From: a virus
Direction: 5' to 3' (one strand)
Virus record (IMG/VR): IMGVR_UViG_3300032242_001916
Span: 30,101 to 94,100 of that record
DNA: 64,000 nt
Under the pieces are notes generated by a model that was given only the letters and a program-made list of their open reading frames with translations, had not been told where the DNA came from and did no database searches. Of this stretch, positions 48,465 through 57,650 are shown piece by piece (position 1 is the stretch's first letter; every line of letters begins with the position of its first letter). Made by a program: the position numbers and the translations under genes.

Positions 48465-48743
48465 ATGACAGAACTAGTAATAGTAGCTTTAGCTACGGCC
48501 TGCGTATTAACCGCAGTAGAAGAATTAATAATTACCTTAGGTAAATGGCGCGGCCTTTTGGCTTTAATAATGGGGTCTTTAGGATCGTATTTTACATTGC
48601 AGCACGGTTGGGGTTTAATAATATTTACCGCTTTAGCATCATCATTTACAGGCATGACCGCATCTTTGCTAGTTGCCGATTTGATTGAAAGCAGGAATCC
48701 TCGTACTCTTAGGGGATTGCCAAGGCGAATACCGCCACTATAA
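48465..48743 (+). CDS. Small membrane protein
   Basis: Three hydrophobic segments. Confidence 0.7.
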   Translation: MTELVIVALATACVLTAVEELIITLGKWRGLLALIMGSLGSYFTLQHGWGLIIFTALASSFTGMTASLLVADLIESRNPRTLRGLPRRIPPL

Positions 48744-48760
48744 AAATCTAGGGGGGCTAG

Positions 48761-49675
48761 ATGATTGATCCAATGCCGATGACTGATCCTCAGTTATCGC
48801 TGCGTGCTCGCGGTATATGGGGCATATTTATGAATGCTGGTCGGGCAATGACCGCTGCCGAAATATACCCATTAGTACCTGAGGGCCGAGATGCTGTTCG
48901 TAAAGCCCTGCGTGAATTGATTGCCTCAGGTTACATTTCTGAGGTTAGTTTTCGTAATCAAAATGGCCAGTGGGCATACCAGTTAGAGGTTACCCAGGCC
49001 TGGATTACCGGGGACGGATTTTCAGGCACCCTTTTATACGGTACAGCTAGTATAGCTAATAGCTCTAATCCATTAGTAGAACTTACTAACGTAAGTTCTC
49101 CTAATGTTTCGGGCGGGACGCCCGAGAAAGACTTACAGGAGGAATACGTAGAGATGAGTTGGCCAGGATTTGACGACGAGCCAGAAGTAAAACGCAAGAA
49201 GGCTCCAGAACCAGAATCAGGTGCGGTTGGTAACCTAGACCTAACCGATCGGAAAGAACGGCTAAAAGCCAAATACAAGAAGACTAGCTTTGAAGCAGTT
49301 CCCGCCAGTATGCGTCGGAACGAGCGTCCAGAGGACGAGTGGACTACAGAAGACTTGGTTGCTGAGTTCTACGAGTTAACCCGCAAGGTTGCTAGCGGTG
49401 TACCCAGCCAAGTCAATGGCAAAAGCCTAGCCTCTTGGATTAACCAGAAGGTTGGAGAGGGAATAGCCCGTAAATCAGTTCTAAAGGCCCTTAGAGCGTT
49501 TTTTAACGACCCTAGGCTAACCCGTGACCCGGGAGTAGGCTCGCCTCTCTGGAGGCGGTTTATAGCCTTCTATCCGACTGTCCACGGAATTTACTCGAAA
49601 GAGGCTGAGGTAGAGTATGCTGATGTTGACTTCTTAGCCCATCAAGCTAAAATGGCAAGGTTATTGGAGGATTAA
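48761..49675 (+). CDS. HTH replication initiator-like protein
   Basis: LSLRARG, EGRDAVRKALRELIASGYI; precedes the DnaC-like gene. Confidence 0.7.
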   Translation: MIDPMPMTDPQLSLRARGIWGIFMNAGRAMTAAEIYPLVPEGRDAVRKALRELIASGYISEVSFRNQNGQWAYQLEVTQAWITGDGFSGTLLYGTASIANSSNPLVELTNVSSPNVSGGTPEKDLQEEYVEMSWPGFDDEPEVKRKKAPEPESGAVGNLDLTDRKERLKAKYKKTSFEAVPASMRRNERPEDEWTTEDLVAEFYELTRKVASGVPSQVNGKSLASWINQKVGEGIARKSVLKALRAFFNDPRLTRDPGVGSPLWRRFIAFYPTVHGIYSKEAEVEYADVDFLAHQAKMARLLED

Positions 49676-50355
49676 TGTTTGAACTATCAGATCTAAGGCC
49701 ATCAGTTCGTAGCCAGATCAATGCAGCAAATTTACCCGAACGGTTTATTGGAATAACGCTTGATGACCTAAACGATTACGCCGATTCACCGATCGAGTTA
49801 ATTGAAAACTGGATAGACTTAGTGCTATCGGGAAAAGTTATAAAAGCTCGTGGGTCAACTCGTTGTGGACTTGGTTTACTACTTGTAGGCAAGCCAGGAC
49901 ACGGAAAAACCACACTTGCTAGTGTTGTTCTACAAGAAGTAGTACGCCGGTCCAAGCCCGAAGTTTGGGGAGAAACCGACGGTTTGTCTAAAAAACCTAT
50001 ACTATTTGTAGACTATCCAAAACTGTTGCGTATTCAGCAACGGTCTTGGAAGGATGAAGATGGACCAGAAGCCATCCTTATGGAGCAGGTTTATGGAGAT
50101 TCCAAATTGGACAACATCCAATTACTAGTATTAGATGATTTAGGTAAGGAGCATCGCACAGCCTCAGGCTGGGCCGAGAATACATTTGACGCAGTCTTAC
50201 GCTCTCGCTACAATGCTGGATTACCAACTATTGTTACAACAAATGTACCATTAAAGAATTGGGGAGAAGTTTATGGAGAAGCAATGGAAAGCTTTGCTCA
50301 TGAAGCCTTCTTACCAATTAATATCGTCTCAACAGAGGGAGATCGCAGGAAATGA
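49675..50355 (+). CDS. DnaC/IstB-like helicase loader
   Basis: GKPGHGKT, LLVLDDLG.E, PTIVTTN. Confidence 0.85.
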   Translation: MFELSDLRPSVRSQINAANLPERFIGITLDDLNDYADSPIELIENWIDLVLSGKVIKARGSTRCGLGLLLVGKPGHGKTTLASVVLQEVVRRSKPEVWGETDGLSKKPILFVDYPKLLRIQQRSWKDEDGPEAILMEQVYGDSKLDNIQLLVLDDLGKEHRTASGWAENTFDAVLRSRYNAGLPTIVTTNVPLKNWGEVYGEAMESFAHEAFLPINIVSTEGDRRK

Positions 50356-50657
50356 AGGATAGCACAATGGCTAAGGCAGACTGGCGTACAGTCCAGTTCT
50401 TTTTGTCAGCTCGTGGAGTGTTTGAGGTAGAGATCGATTTAGAAAGCGACGAAGTTCGTTGTAATTGCCCCGGCTACGAGGCGCGAGGTGCTTGTAAGCA
50501 TTCTCGGTTTGTAGTATCTAAGGCTAAAGAAAATGATGGGGTTTACCCATTAAAGGTATCATCCCGTGCATCAGATGATGAAGCAAAAACCGCAAATAAC
50601 TCTACAGAGCTGTTTCGAGAGTTTGTAGTTAAGTATGGGAAAATAGAGGTCATCTAA
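50352..50657 (+). CDS. SWIM zinc-finger protein
   Basis: CNCP......ACKH. Confidence 0.75.
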   Translation: MKDSTMAKADWRTVQFFLSARGVFEVEIDLESDEVRCNCPGYEARGACKHSRFVVSKAKENDGVYPLKVSSRASDDEAKTANNSTELFREFVVKYGKIEVI

Positions 50658-50660
50658 AAG

Positions 50661-51068
50661 ATGCAAGGAGGGGATCTAAGCAATGAAAAGCCTAAGCGGG
50701 TAGTAGTTACTGTTGATTGCCTGCTTGATAGGAAGCCAGTTATAAAAAAGTTCTTGGGCTTAATTCCGCATGCCTCTGAGGAGATTGAATACAATCGAGG
50801 AATGCTATCTAGGTTTTGGAATTATGCTTCAAGCAGCGGATACAGCCTAGAACTTGTTGGGTTTGGATATAGCCCCAGTGAAATGCAAGAGATGTTTGAT
50901 GATCTTGACAATCTGGGTACTAATCCTTTTAACTATGTAAAAGCATATAGAGTCGTTGCTGACTTAGTGGCAGAAATGCCATATCGCAATGAACTTGTAT
51001 GTGTGATAGACATACCTAGCCGTGCAATGCGCTATGGTAGTTGGTATTACGATCTTGGGAGGGTTTAA
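50661..51068 (+). CDS. Hypothetical protein of the replication module
   Basis: ORF in operon. Confidence 0.7.
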   Translation: MQGGDLSNEKPKRVVVTVDCLLDRKPVIKKFLGLIPHASEEIEYNRGMLSRFWNYASSSGYSLELVGFGYSPSEMQEMFDDLDNLGTNPFNYVKAYRVVADLVAEMPYRNELVCVIDIPSRAMRYGSWYYDLGRV

Positions 51069-52291
51069 TGGCTGCTGATAACGAAGAGCGGTTAATCAGT
51101 CGCGCTGTTAGGACTAGGGATATTTCCGCAATCCTAGAGTATGGCTTAGAAGATAGCTGGTTCTATGTAGATGAGAATCGTGCTGTCTGGAAGTTCATTC
51201 TTAACCACTGGAAAAAGTACAGCGAAGTTCCTACGGCAATTACTGTTAAGGATAACTTTCCTACTTACCGGTTGCTGCAGGTTGATGACTCAATAGAGTA
51301 TTTGCTTGACCAGTTAGTTGAGTATCGCAGGCGTCAAAAAGCAATTGAGATTGTTCAAGATGCTGCAGAAGCTATCTCAGCTGGAGATCATCAAGCTGCT
51401 ATTGATTCCATGTCTAGCGGTATTGCAAAGATCTCTGATGATGGCGTTGGCTCATCAAACGATATTGATCTTACTAAAGCCCCCATGTCTCGTTACGATG
51501 AATACCTAGCGGTAAAGACCCGTCCTAACGGTTTGATTGGCATGGCTACTGGTTTTTCTTTGATCGATCAGGCAACCGCTGGTTTACAGCCTGGACAACT
51601 TGTGGTCATTATTGCTCCACCAAAGACTGGTAAATCTGTTGTTGCTTTGCAAACTGCAGTTAACTTGCATGAAGACGGTTTTGTGCCAATGTTCCAGTCT
51701 TTTGAGATGAGCAACCATGAGCAGCAAACTCGTCACGATGCTATGCGGGCTAAGATCTCACATGCTCGCTTGACCCGAGGTGCACTCAAGGTAGACGAAG
51801 AAGCCCGATATCAAAAAGCTTTAACTCGTATGGAACAAATGCACAACTTCTATTTGACCGACAGCGTCACAGCCCGAACTGTGTCAGGCCTTGCTGCTAA
51901 GGTAGAGAAACTACAGCCGGACATTGTATTTATTGACGGTGTTTATCTTATGACCGATGAGATAAGTGGGGAACGCAATAATGCGCTAGCCCTTACTAAT
52001 ATCACTCGTTCACTAAAACAGTTTGCACAGAAGATAAAGAAACCAGTTGTAGTAACAACTCAGGTTCTTGAGTGGAAGATGAAGAACAAGCGGGTTTCTG
52101 CGGGAGCCATTGGTTACTCATCATCATTCTTTCAGGATGCCGACGTGATCTTGGCGCTAGAGCGTCAGGATGAAATGGATGATTCATCTCGTATCTTCCG
52201 TATTGAAGCCAGCCGTAACTGCGGTAAGGTCGAAATGGAATTAATGTGGGATTGGGAAAATGGTAAATTTGAGGAGTATCCAAATCCATGA
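51068..52291 (+). CDS. dnaB: DnaB-like replicative helicase
   Basis: TGF..ID....GL.PGQL, APPKTGKS, SFEM, IDG.YLM, QDAD; start at MAADN (TAATG). Confidence 0.9.
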   Translation: MAADNEERLISRAVRTRDISAILEYGLEDSWFYVDENRAVWKFILNHWKKYSEVPTAITVKDNFPTYRLLQVDDSIEYLLDQLVEYRRRQKAIEIVQDAAEAISAGDHQAAIDSMSSGIAKISDDGVGSSNDIDLTKAPMSRYDEYLAVKTRPNGLIGMATGFSLIDQATAGLQPGQLVVIIAPPKTGKSVVALQTAVNLHEDGFVPMFQSFEMSNHEQQTRHDAMRAKISHARLTRGALKVDEEARYQKALTRMEQMHNFYLTDSVTARTVSGLAAKVEKLQPDIVFIDGVYLMTDEISGERNNALALTNITRSLKQFAQKIKKPVVVTTQVLEWKMKNKRVSAGAIGYSSSFFQDADVILALERQDEMDDSSRIFRIEASRNCGKVEMELMWDWENGKFEEYPNP

Positions 52292-52524
52292 TATTTGATG
52301 GAACACAGTTATGCGCAAAAGTTGACCCGGAAGTATTCTTTCCAGAGTCATCTGATCGCGCTAGTGTTGAAGCAGCTAAAGCAATTTGTAATAAATGTCA
52401 TTTTATTGAGCCTTGTTTAAAATCGGTTATCTGGGAACCTAGTGTTGAAGGTATTTGGGGAGGAACTACTCCTCGCCAACGTGAAACTATGCGTAGTCGT
52501 TTAAGGAGGATGCAAAATGTTTAA
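52288..52524 (+). CDS. whiB: WhiB-family transcription factor
   Basis: C...DPEVFFP, AKAIC..C....C, GIWGG. Confidence 0.9.
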   Translation: MIFDGTQLCAKVDPEVFFPESSDRASVEAAKAICNKCHFIEPCLKSVIWEPSVEGIWGGTTPRQRETMRSRLRRMQNV

Positions 52525-52705
52525 ATTTACTAGGGGTCATTGCTTAGATGATTGGCAGCGTAAACTTTGGGATGCTGCACAAGAAGAACTCAAAGAACGT
52601 GTGCTTGAGTTGCATTACGAATACCCAGACACAGGTGACTGTGCAGGGTGTGACCACATTTATCCATGCCCAACTATCAAAGCGTTAGACGGTGAGCAGG
52701 AATGA
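52517..52705 (+). CDS. Small LH..CxxC..YPCxT protein
   Basis: ELH...CAGC..YPCPT. Confidence 0.7.
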   Translation: MFKFTRGHCLDDWQRKLWDAAQEELKERVLELHYEYPDTGDCAGCDHIYPCPTIKALDGEQE

Positions 52706-53682
52706 TTCTTACAGATGAAAAGATAAAAGCAGTCTTAGCCAATCTTGATATTGAAATCGAGAATGAGCGCGGGGATGAAATACTGGCACTATGCCCAGGT
52801 CACGAACTGCGTACAGGTAAGATTGATCAGAATCCATCTTGGTCTATTAACACTGAGACTGGTGTGCACCATTGTTTTTCCTGCGGGTATAAAGGCAATC
52901 TTTTAACTCTTGTAGCAGAACAAAAAGAGTTCTACACTGATTGGAATCGACTAGACCTTGAAGGTGCTAAGTCCTGGTTACGCCAGCACTCAACTATTGA
53001 TCTTCCTATGCTTATAAAGCAGATGGAACAAGTAAAAGATTCCTACATCGTTATACCAAAGCCAGTTCCAATGAGTGAGGCTCGGTTAGCTTTGTACTCA
53101 AAGCACATTCCTGAAGATGCTCTTGACTCTCGTCTTCTTACTGAAGAGGCCTGCATGTACTATGGCATTCTTTGGGATACGGATAACAGCCGTTGGATTC
53201 TTCCAATACGTAGCTGGGGAGATAATTCCTTGATGGGATGGCAAGAAAAAGGATACCGGGAGCGGTATTTTAAGAACCGTCCTACAGGTATATCTAAGAG
53301 TAAAACCTTATTTAATAATTATGTACATAACTACGAGGATTGCATGATTATAGTAGAAAGCCCCTTAGATGCCGCACGCCTGCATTCTGCGGGAATAGAA
53401 GGTGGGGCTGCAACTTTTGGTACAAGCGTTAGCCCAGAGCAACTTCAGCTTATGCGCAAAACGGATAACTTAATATTTGCTTTTGACAATGATGACCCAG
53501 GTCGTACTGCAGCTCTACGTATGTTAGACTTAAGTCGTAAAACAGGGTTTGAGTGCAAGTTTTTTAACTACAGTGGTGTAGACCATAAAGATATTGGTGA
53601 AATGACCACTATTGCTATACGCAAGGGTATAGAAACTGCAAAGCATTGCGTACTAGGTAAGTCCGCAATTTTAGGAGTGTAA
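52702..53682 (+). CDS. DNA primase (Zn finger + TOPRIM)
   Basis: CPGH..HCFSC, VESPLD, AFDND.PG, KDIGE. Confidence 0.88.
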   Translation: MILTDEKIKAVLANLDIEIENERGDEILALCPGHELRTGKIDQNPSWSINTETGVHHCFSCGYKGNLLTLVAEQKEFYTDWNRLDLEGAKSWLRQHSTIDLPMLIKQMEQVKDSYIVIPKPVPMSEARLALYSKHIPEDALDSRLLTEEACMYYGILWDTDNSRWILPIRSWGDNSLMGWQEKGYRERYFKNRPTGISKSKTLFNNYVHNYEDCMIIVESPLDAARLHSAGIEGGAATFGTSVSPEQLQLMRKTDNLIFAFDNDDPGRTAALRMLDLSRKTGFECKFFNYSGVDHKDIGEMTTIAIRKGIETAKHCVLGKSAILGV

Positions 53683-54068
53683 TGTTTAAGATGAAAAATT
53701 TATGGGACTTTCACCCTAACGTTCGTAGTGGCAAAGACGGTTTAACATTAGGTGAACGCGCTGCAGATACTATTCGCAATGGGATGGGTTCTTGGCCATT
53801 TGTTTTTGCAGCAATTGCATTTTTAGCAATGTGGATACTTTCTAATGGTGCCGCAGGGTTTGACCCATTTCCGTTTATTTTACTTAACTTGATGCTGTCT
53901 TCTTTAGCTGCTTTGCAAGGCGCTATACTTTTAATTGCTGCTAAGCGTTCCGACCAAGTATCGAGTGAATTAGCACAGCATGATTTTCAAATCGATAAAG
54001 ACGCACTTCAATTACTTAAGGAGATGCGTCCTTTACTAGAACAGTTGTTAGAAGAAAAGAATAAGTAA
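53682..54068 (+). CDS. DUF1003-like membrane protein
   Basis: GERAAD...MGSW.F, FDPFPFILLNL, AALQ. Confidence 0.75.
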   Translation: MFKMKNLWDFHPNVRSGKDGLTLGERAADTIRNGMGSWPFVFAAIAFLAMWILSNGAAGFDPFPFILLNLMLSSLAALQGAILLIAAKRSDQVSSELAQHDFQIDKDALQLLKEMRPLLEQLLEEKNK

Positions 54069-55642
54069 TGTCATTTAAGGGTAGCCTACTTCCCTACCAG
54101 GAAGAAGCAGTAGAGATGATGTGCAGCCGGGGTAAAGTCCTGGTTGCATATGACCTTGGCCTAGGTAAAACAGTTCTTACTATTGCAGCAATTGAATCAA
54201 TGCGCGACTCTGGCAAGATCAAAGGTCCCGGTCTTATTATTTGTCTGTCAAGTCTTAAGTACCAGTGGCAGAGTCAAATAGAAAAGTTTACTGAAGGCAC
54301 TGCAAAAACTATTGTTATTGAGGGAACTCCCAAGCAACGACTTGATCAGTACAAAGCTATAGCTAGTAAAAAGATAGACGTAGACTATGTCATATTTAAT
54401 TATGAACAGGTGGTTAACGACAAGGATTATGTTAACCAACTTCCAATGAACTTTATTGTCTGCGATGAGGCCACAGCTCTTAAAAGTTTTAAATCCAAGC
54501 GTTCTAAGATCATAAAAAAACTAAAGTCACCAATTAAGTTTGCTCTGACCGGTACTCCGGTTGAAAACGGAAAAGCCGAAGAACTGTTTAGCATTATGCA
54601 GTTTGTAGATGACAAAGTGTTGGGGTCATATCCAAGCTTTGAAGCCAAATATATTGTGCGTAATAGCATGGGATGGATAGAAAAATACAAAAACATAGAC
54701 ATGCTGTCTACTCAACTAAAGACTGCGTCAGTTCGTAAGCGTCAAAAAGATAAAGACGTAGCCCCATACCTACCGGAGACTATTATGGCTTCTCCAATAT
54801 TAGTTCCTTTTGACTCAGCAAGTAAGGCACTTTACTCCAGCATTGTTGATGAACTCTTGGTTGATTTAGAAGATGCTGCAAGGTACATGAGTATGGGCAT
54901 AAATCTTTTTGGCGACTACAGGCCAGACAATGGACCAATTGACGAAGTTCGTGGGGTTATCATGTCAAAGTTAACTGCATTACGTCTGCTTTGTGATCAC
55001 CCACTGTTATTACGTGCTAGCGGTAAAGCTTACAGTTCTTCTACCTTTGGTGAAGAAGGTTCTCGATATGCTGCAGAGCTATTAGAACAGGGTCGACTTG
55101 ACAGGGCAGTAAAATCTCCTAAGCTTGATGTTCTTAAGGAAACTGTTAAAAACTTTCTTGAGGAAGACAAAAACAATAAGCTTGTTATATTCAGTGGCTT
55201 TGTAGCCATGGTAGGTATAATTGCTGCAGATTTGAATGCTTTTGGTGTACAAAAGTATACCGGTAAGATGAATGCAAAGGAAAAGGAAATTGCTAAAATC
55301 GATTTTCAAACTAACCCTAATACCCGTATCCTCGTTAGTTCTGACGCTGGTGGGTATGGGGTGGATCTTCCTCAGGCTAATTTACTGGTCAATTATGACT
55401 TGCCTTGGAATGCAGGACTCGCTCTTCAAAGGAACGGGCGAATCCAGCGGGCATCTAGCACCTGGGAAAAAGTTGTAGTTCAAGACCTAATGATGCTAGG
55501 ATCCATAGAAGAACGTCAACATGCCATGCTACAGCAGAAAATGTCTGTCGCAAGTGCTATAGTTGATGGTGAGGGAATAACTGAAAAGGGTGGACTAGAC
55601 CTAAACTTGGGAACTCTACGTGGATTTTTGCAATCCATTTAG
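54068..55642 (+). CDS. SNF2-family helicase
   Basis: LGLGKT, CDEA, LTGTP.EN, LVIFS, QRNGRIQR. Confidence 0.9.
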   Translation: MSFKGSLLPYQEEAVEMMCSRGKVLVAYDLGLGKTVLTIAAIESMRDSGKIKGPGLIICLSSLKYQWQSQIEKFTEGTAKTIVIEGTPKQRLDQYKAIASKKIDVDYVIFNYEQVVNDKDYVNQLPMNFIVCDEATALKSFKSKRSKIIKKLKSPIKFALTGTPVENGKAEELFSIMQFVDDKVLGSYPSFEAKYIVRNSMGWIEKYKNIDMLSTQLKTASVRKRQKDKDVAPYLPETIMASPILVPFDSASKALYSSIVDELLVDLEDAARYMSMGINLFGDYRPDNGPIDEVRGVIMSKLTALRLLCDHPLLLRASGKAYSSSTFGEEGSRYAAELLEQGRLDRAVKSPKLDVLKETVKNFLEEDKNNKLVIFSGFVAMVGIIAADLNAFGVQKYTGKMNAKEKEIAKIDFQTNPNTRILVSSDAGGYGVDLPQANLLVNYDLPWNAGLALQRNGRIQRASSTWEKVVVQDLMMLGSIEERQHAMLQQKMSVASAIVDGEGITEKGGLDLNLGTLRGFLQSI

Positions 55643-55684
55643 ATTAGTGTATAGTTCATAGAGGGCCACGACAGAGGAGATAAA

Positions 55685-55825
55685 GTGTCTTCAAATCACA
55701 CGCCTACACGCACTATCCGGGTTTCAGATGAACTCTGGAATGCAGCAAAAGAAAAAGCTGCAGAACTTGGTGTAACGGTTACTGATATAGTAATTAACGC
55801 ACTTGAAGAATTTATAGAAGAATAG
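55685..55825 (+). CDS. Ribbon-helix-helix DNA-binding protein, not in the ORF track
   Basis: GTG after GAGGAG; TPTRTIRVSDELWNAAKEKA....TVTDIVINAL. Confidence 0.75.
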   Translation: MSSNHTPTRTIRVSDELWNAAKEKAAELGVTVTDIVINALEEFIEE

Positions 55826-55843
55826 GAACTACTAGGAGGACAA

Positions 55844-56299
55844 ATGCCAGAAGTAATAGGCAAACAAAACTTACCTACTATCGATGATTTCGAAGAAGGT
55901 GCCGGAGAAGTTACTGCTCTTTTTCGGGAATTTGTGTATTTAAAAAAGAACATAGATGATCTATCAAAGCGTCAAGATGTAATCAAAAAAAAGCTTTCTG
56001 AATTTGTAGACGCTTATGGCGATGAAGACGACAAAGGCCACAAGTGGTACGATATGGCTGAAGTTGATGGCTATGCAGGTATGCAGCGTCAACGCCGTGT
56101 ATCACAAAAAGTTGATCACAACATGTGTCTTAACCTTTTAACTGACAAGGGTCTTGAAGGACGTTGCTTTGAGATGAAGCCAGTTCTAAACCAAGAAGAG
56201 GTTATGAAGTGTCTATACGAGGGTTTGCTATCTGAAGACGATTTAGATATTATGTTCCCTAAGACAGTAACTACAGCCTTTCTCGTAACAAAAGCGTAG
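55844..56299 (+). CDS. Hypothetical protein with a coiled coil
   Basis: AGGAGG SD; ORF. Confidence 0.75.
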   Translation: MPEVIGKQNLPTIDDFEEGAGEVTALFREFVYLKKNIDDLSKRQDVIKKKLSEFVDAYGDEDDKGHKWYDMAEVDGYAGMQRQRRVSQKVDHNMCLNLLTDKGLEGRCFEMKPVLNQEEVMKCLYEGLLSEDDLDIMFPKTVTTAFLVTKA

Positions 56300-56301
56300 C
56301 C

Positions 56302-56397
56302 ATGAACGAGCACCATATTTGTGGTAAATGTAGTGCTGAATTTGACGAACTACTAGACCTTATAGCACACTTGAAAGAAGATACCTGTGGATGGTGA
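56302..56397 (+). CDS. Micro Zn-finger protein (31 aa), not in the ORF track
   Basis: CGKC..EF....L..H. Confidence 0.5.
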   Translation: MNEHHICGKCSAEFDELLDLIAHLKEDTCGW

Positions 56398-56863
56398 TAA
56401 GATTGACGAGATCTTTGGAACTCTCGATGAATATTACCCTGGCTCGAAGCGTAAGCGTCGTGCTGTAAACCCAGAGGTCGAAGAAAAGAAAAAACGTGCC
56501 GCTGAGAAAACTTCGTGGGATTATAAACCACAGGTTAAAACCTTAGCAAACGGAAAGACCATAGAACTATTCAGTGCGGGAATGTTTTCAGAAGCCTTAG
56601 GTAGGCCTCTAGTAACAGTCCGGCTCTGGGAACGTTTAGGATATATTCCGAGAGCACCGTATAGATTGCGCTCTGCACTCGTTGCTGGCAAGAAAAAGCC
56701 AGGATGGCGCATGTACAGTCGTGATATGATAGAAAGCGCAATAGAAAGTTTTCAGTCCAGGGGGCTCTTAGAATCCCCTAGGATTGAATGGGATCGTCAT
56801 AGAGACCTCTCAATAGAAATATTTGAGAACTGGAAGACAATCCATAGCCAAGAAACCGAATAA
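56387..56863 (+). CDS. MerR-like HTH protein
   Basis: ALGR..VTVRLWE..G.IP, R.YS. Confidence 0.7.
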   Translation: MDGDKIDEIFGTLDEYYPGSKRKRRAVNPEVEEKKKRAAEKTSWDYKPQVKTLANGKTIELFSAGMFSEALGRPLVTVRLWERLGYIPRAPYRLRSALVAGKKKPGWRMYSRDMIESAIESFQSRGLLESPRIEWDRHRDLSIEIFENWKTIHSQETE

Positions 56864-56899
56864 CCAATCCGCCTTATGGCCTAAAAGAAAGTAATACCC

Positions 56900-57580
56900 A
56901 TGGTAAACCGCAATACAAATGTAGATTCATACCTCGATGATGAAGAGTTGGTAGTAAATGCCGAAGCTTTGTTTGAAACCGAGAATGAAGATGAAGTAGC
57001 AGAACGCTCTTCAGTAATTCAGGTTGGCTGGGCTGCAGCAAAGAAAGTGCAAGCCAAAGTCAGTAAGTCATACGCATCTGATTTTAAGTTTGATGAAGAT
57101 GTACAACTCATTAAGTTCCTTTCCCCAGAACCAATGAGTTTCTCACAGCACTGGGTACAGCGCACAGGCAAGAAGTCTTTCATCTGCCTAGGCACCTCTG
57201 ACTGCCCATTGTGTCGTGCAGGTAACAAGGCTGAGAGCAAGTTTGCTTTTAGTGTTGTAACCTTGTCCGACGAAACCCAGCAGGTACAGATGATGACTGT
57301 TGGTTTGCGTCTTTGTGGTCAGCTTGAAAAGCTAAATGGTGACCCTAAGACTGGTCCTCTTGATCGCCTATTCTGGGCAGTCAGCAAGTCCGGTCAGGGT
57401 ACTAAAACTAGCTACTCAATCATGCCAGTTAAAGAACGCGATCTCCCAGAAGATTGGGATTTAGATCTTGATGAAGTAACGCAGATTCTCTCCGAATTGA
57501 AGCCTCTTGGTCCTGACGCTTTGCGTATGCCTACCAAGGCAGAGCTCTCGGAAATCGCACGCGAACTTCCTGAAGACTAA
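56900..57580 (+). CDS. Single-stranded DNA-binding protein (gp32-like)
   Basis: IKFL, QHW, C....CPLC, G.GTKTSY; upstream of the polymerase. Confidence 0.7.
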   Translation: MVNRNTNVDSYLDDEELVVNAEALFETENEDEVAERSSVIQVGWAAAKKVQAKVSKSYASDFKFDEDVQLIKFLSPEPMSFSQHWVQRTGKKSFICLGTSDCPLCRAGNKAESKFAFSVVTLSDETQQVQMMTVGLRLCGQLEKLNGDPKTGPLDRLFWAVSKSGQGTKTSYSIMPVKERDLPEDWDLDLDEVTQILSELKPLGPDALRMPTKAELSEIARELPED

Positions 57581-57587
57581 TCCCTCT

Positions 57588-57640
57588 GATAGGGAGCTAG
57601 GTCTACTCCCCTCCTTGGCCTAGCTCCCTATCTCTTTTCT
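57588..57640 (+). terminator. Intrinsic terminator
   Basis: 16-bp stem GATAGGGAGCTAGGTC/GGCCTAGCTCCCTATC followed by TCTTTTCT. Confidence 0.75.
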
Positions 57641-57650
57641 GGAGATAACT

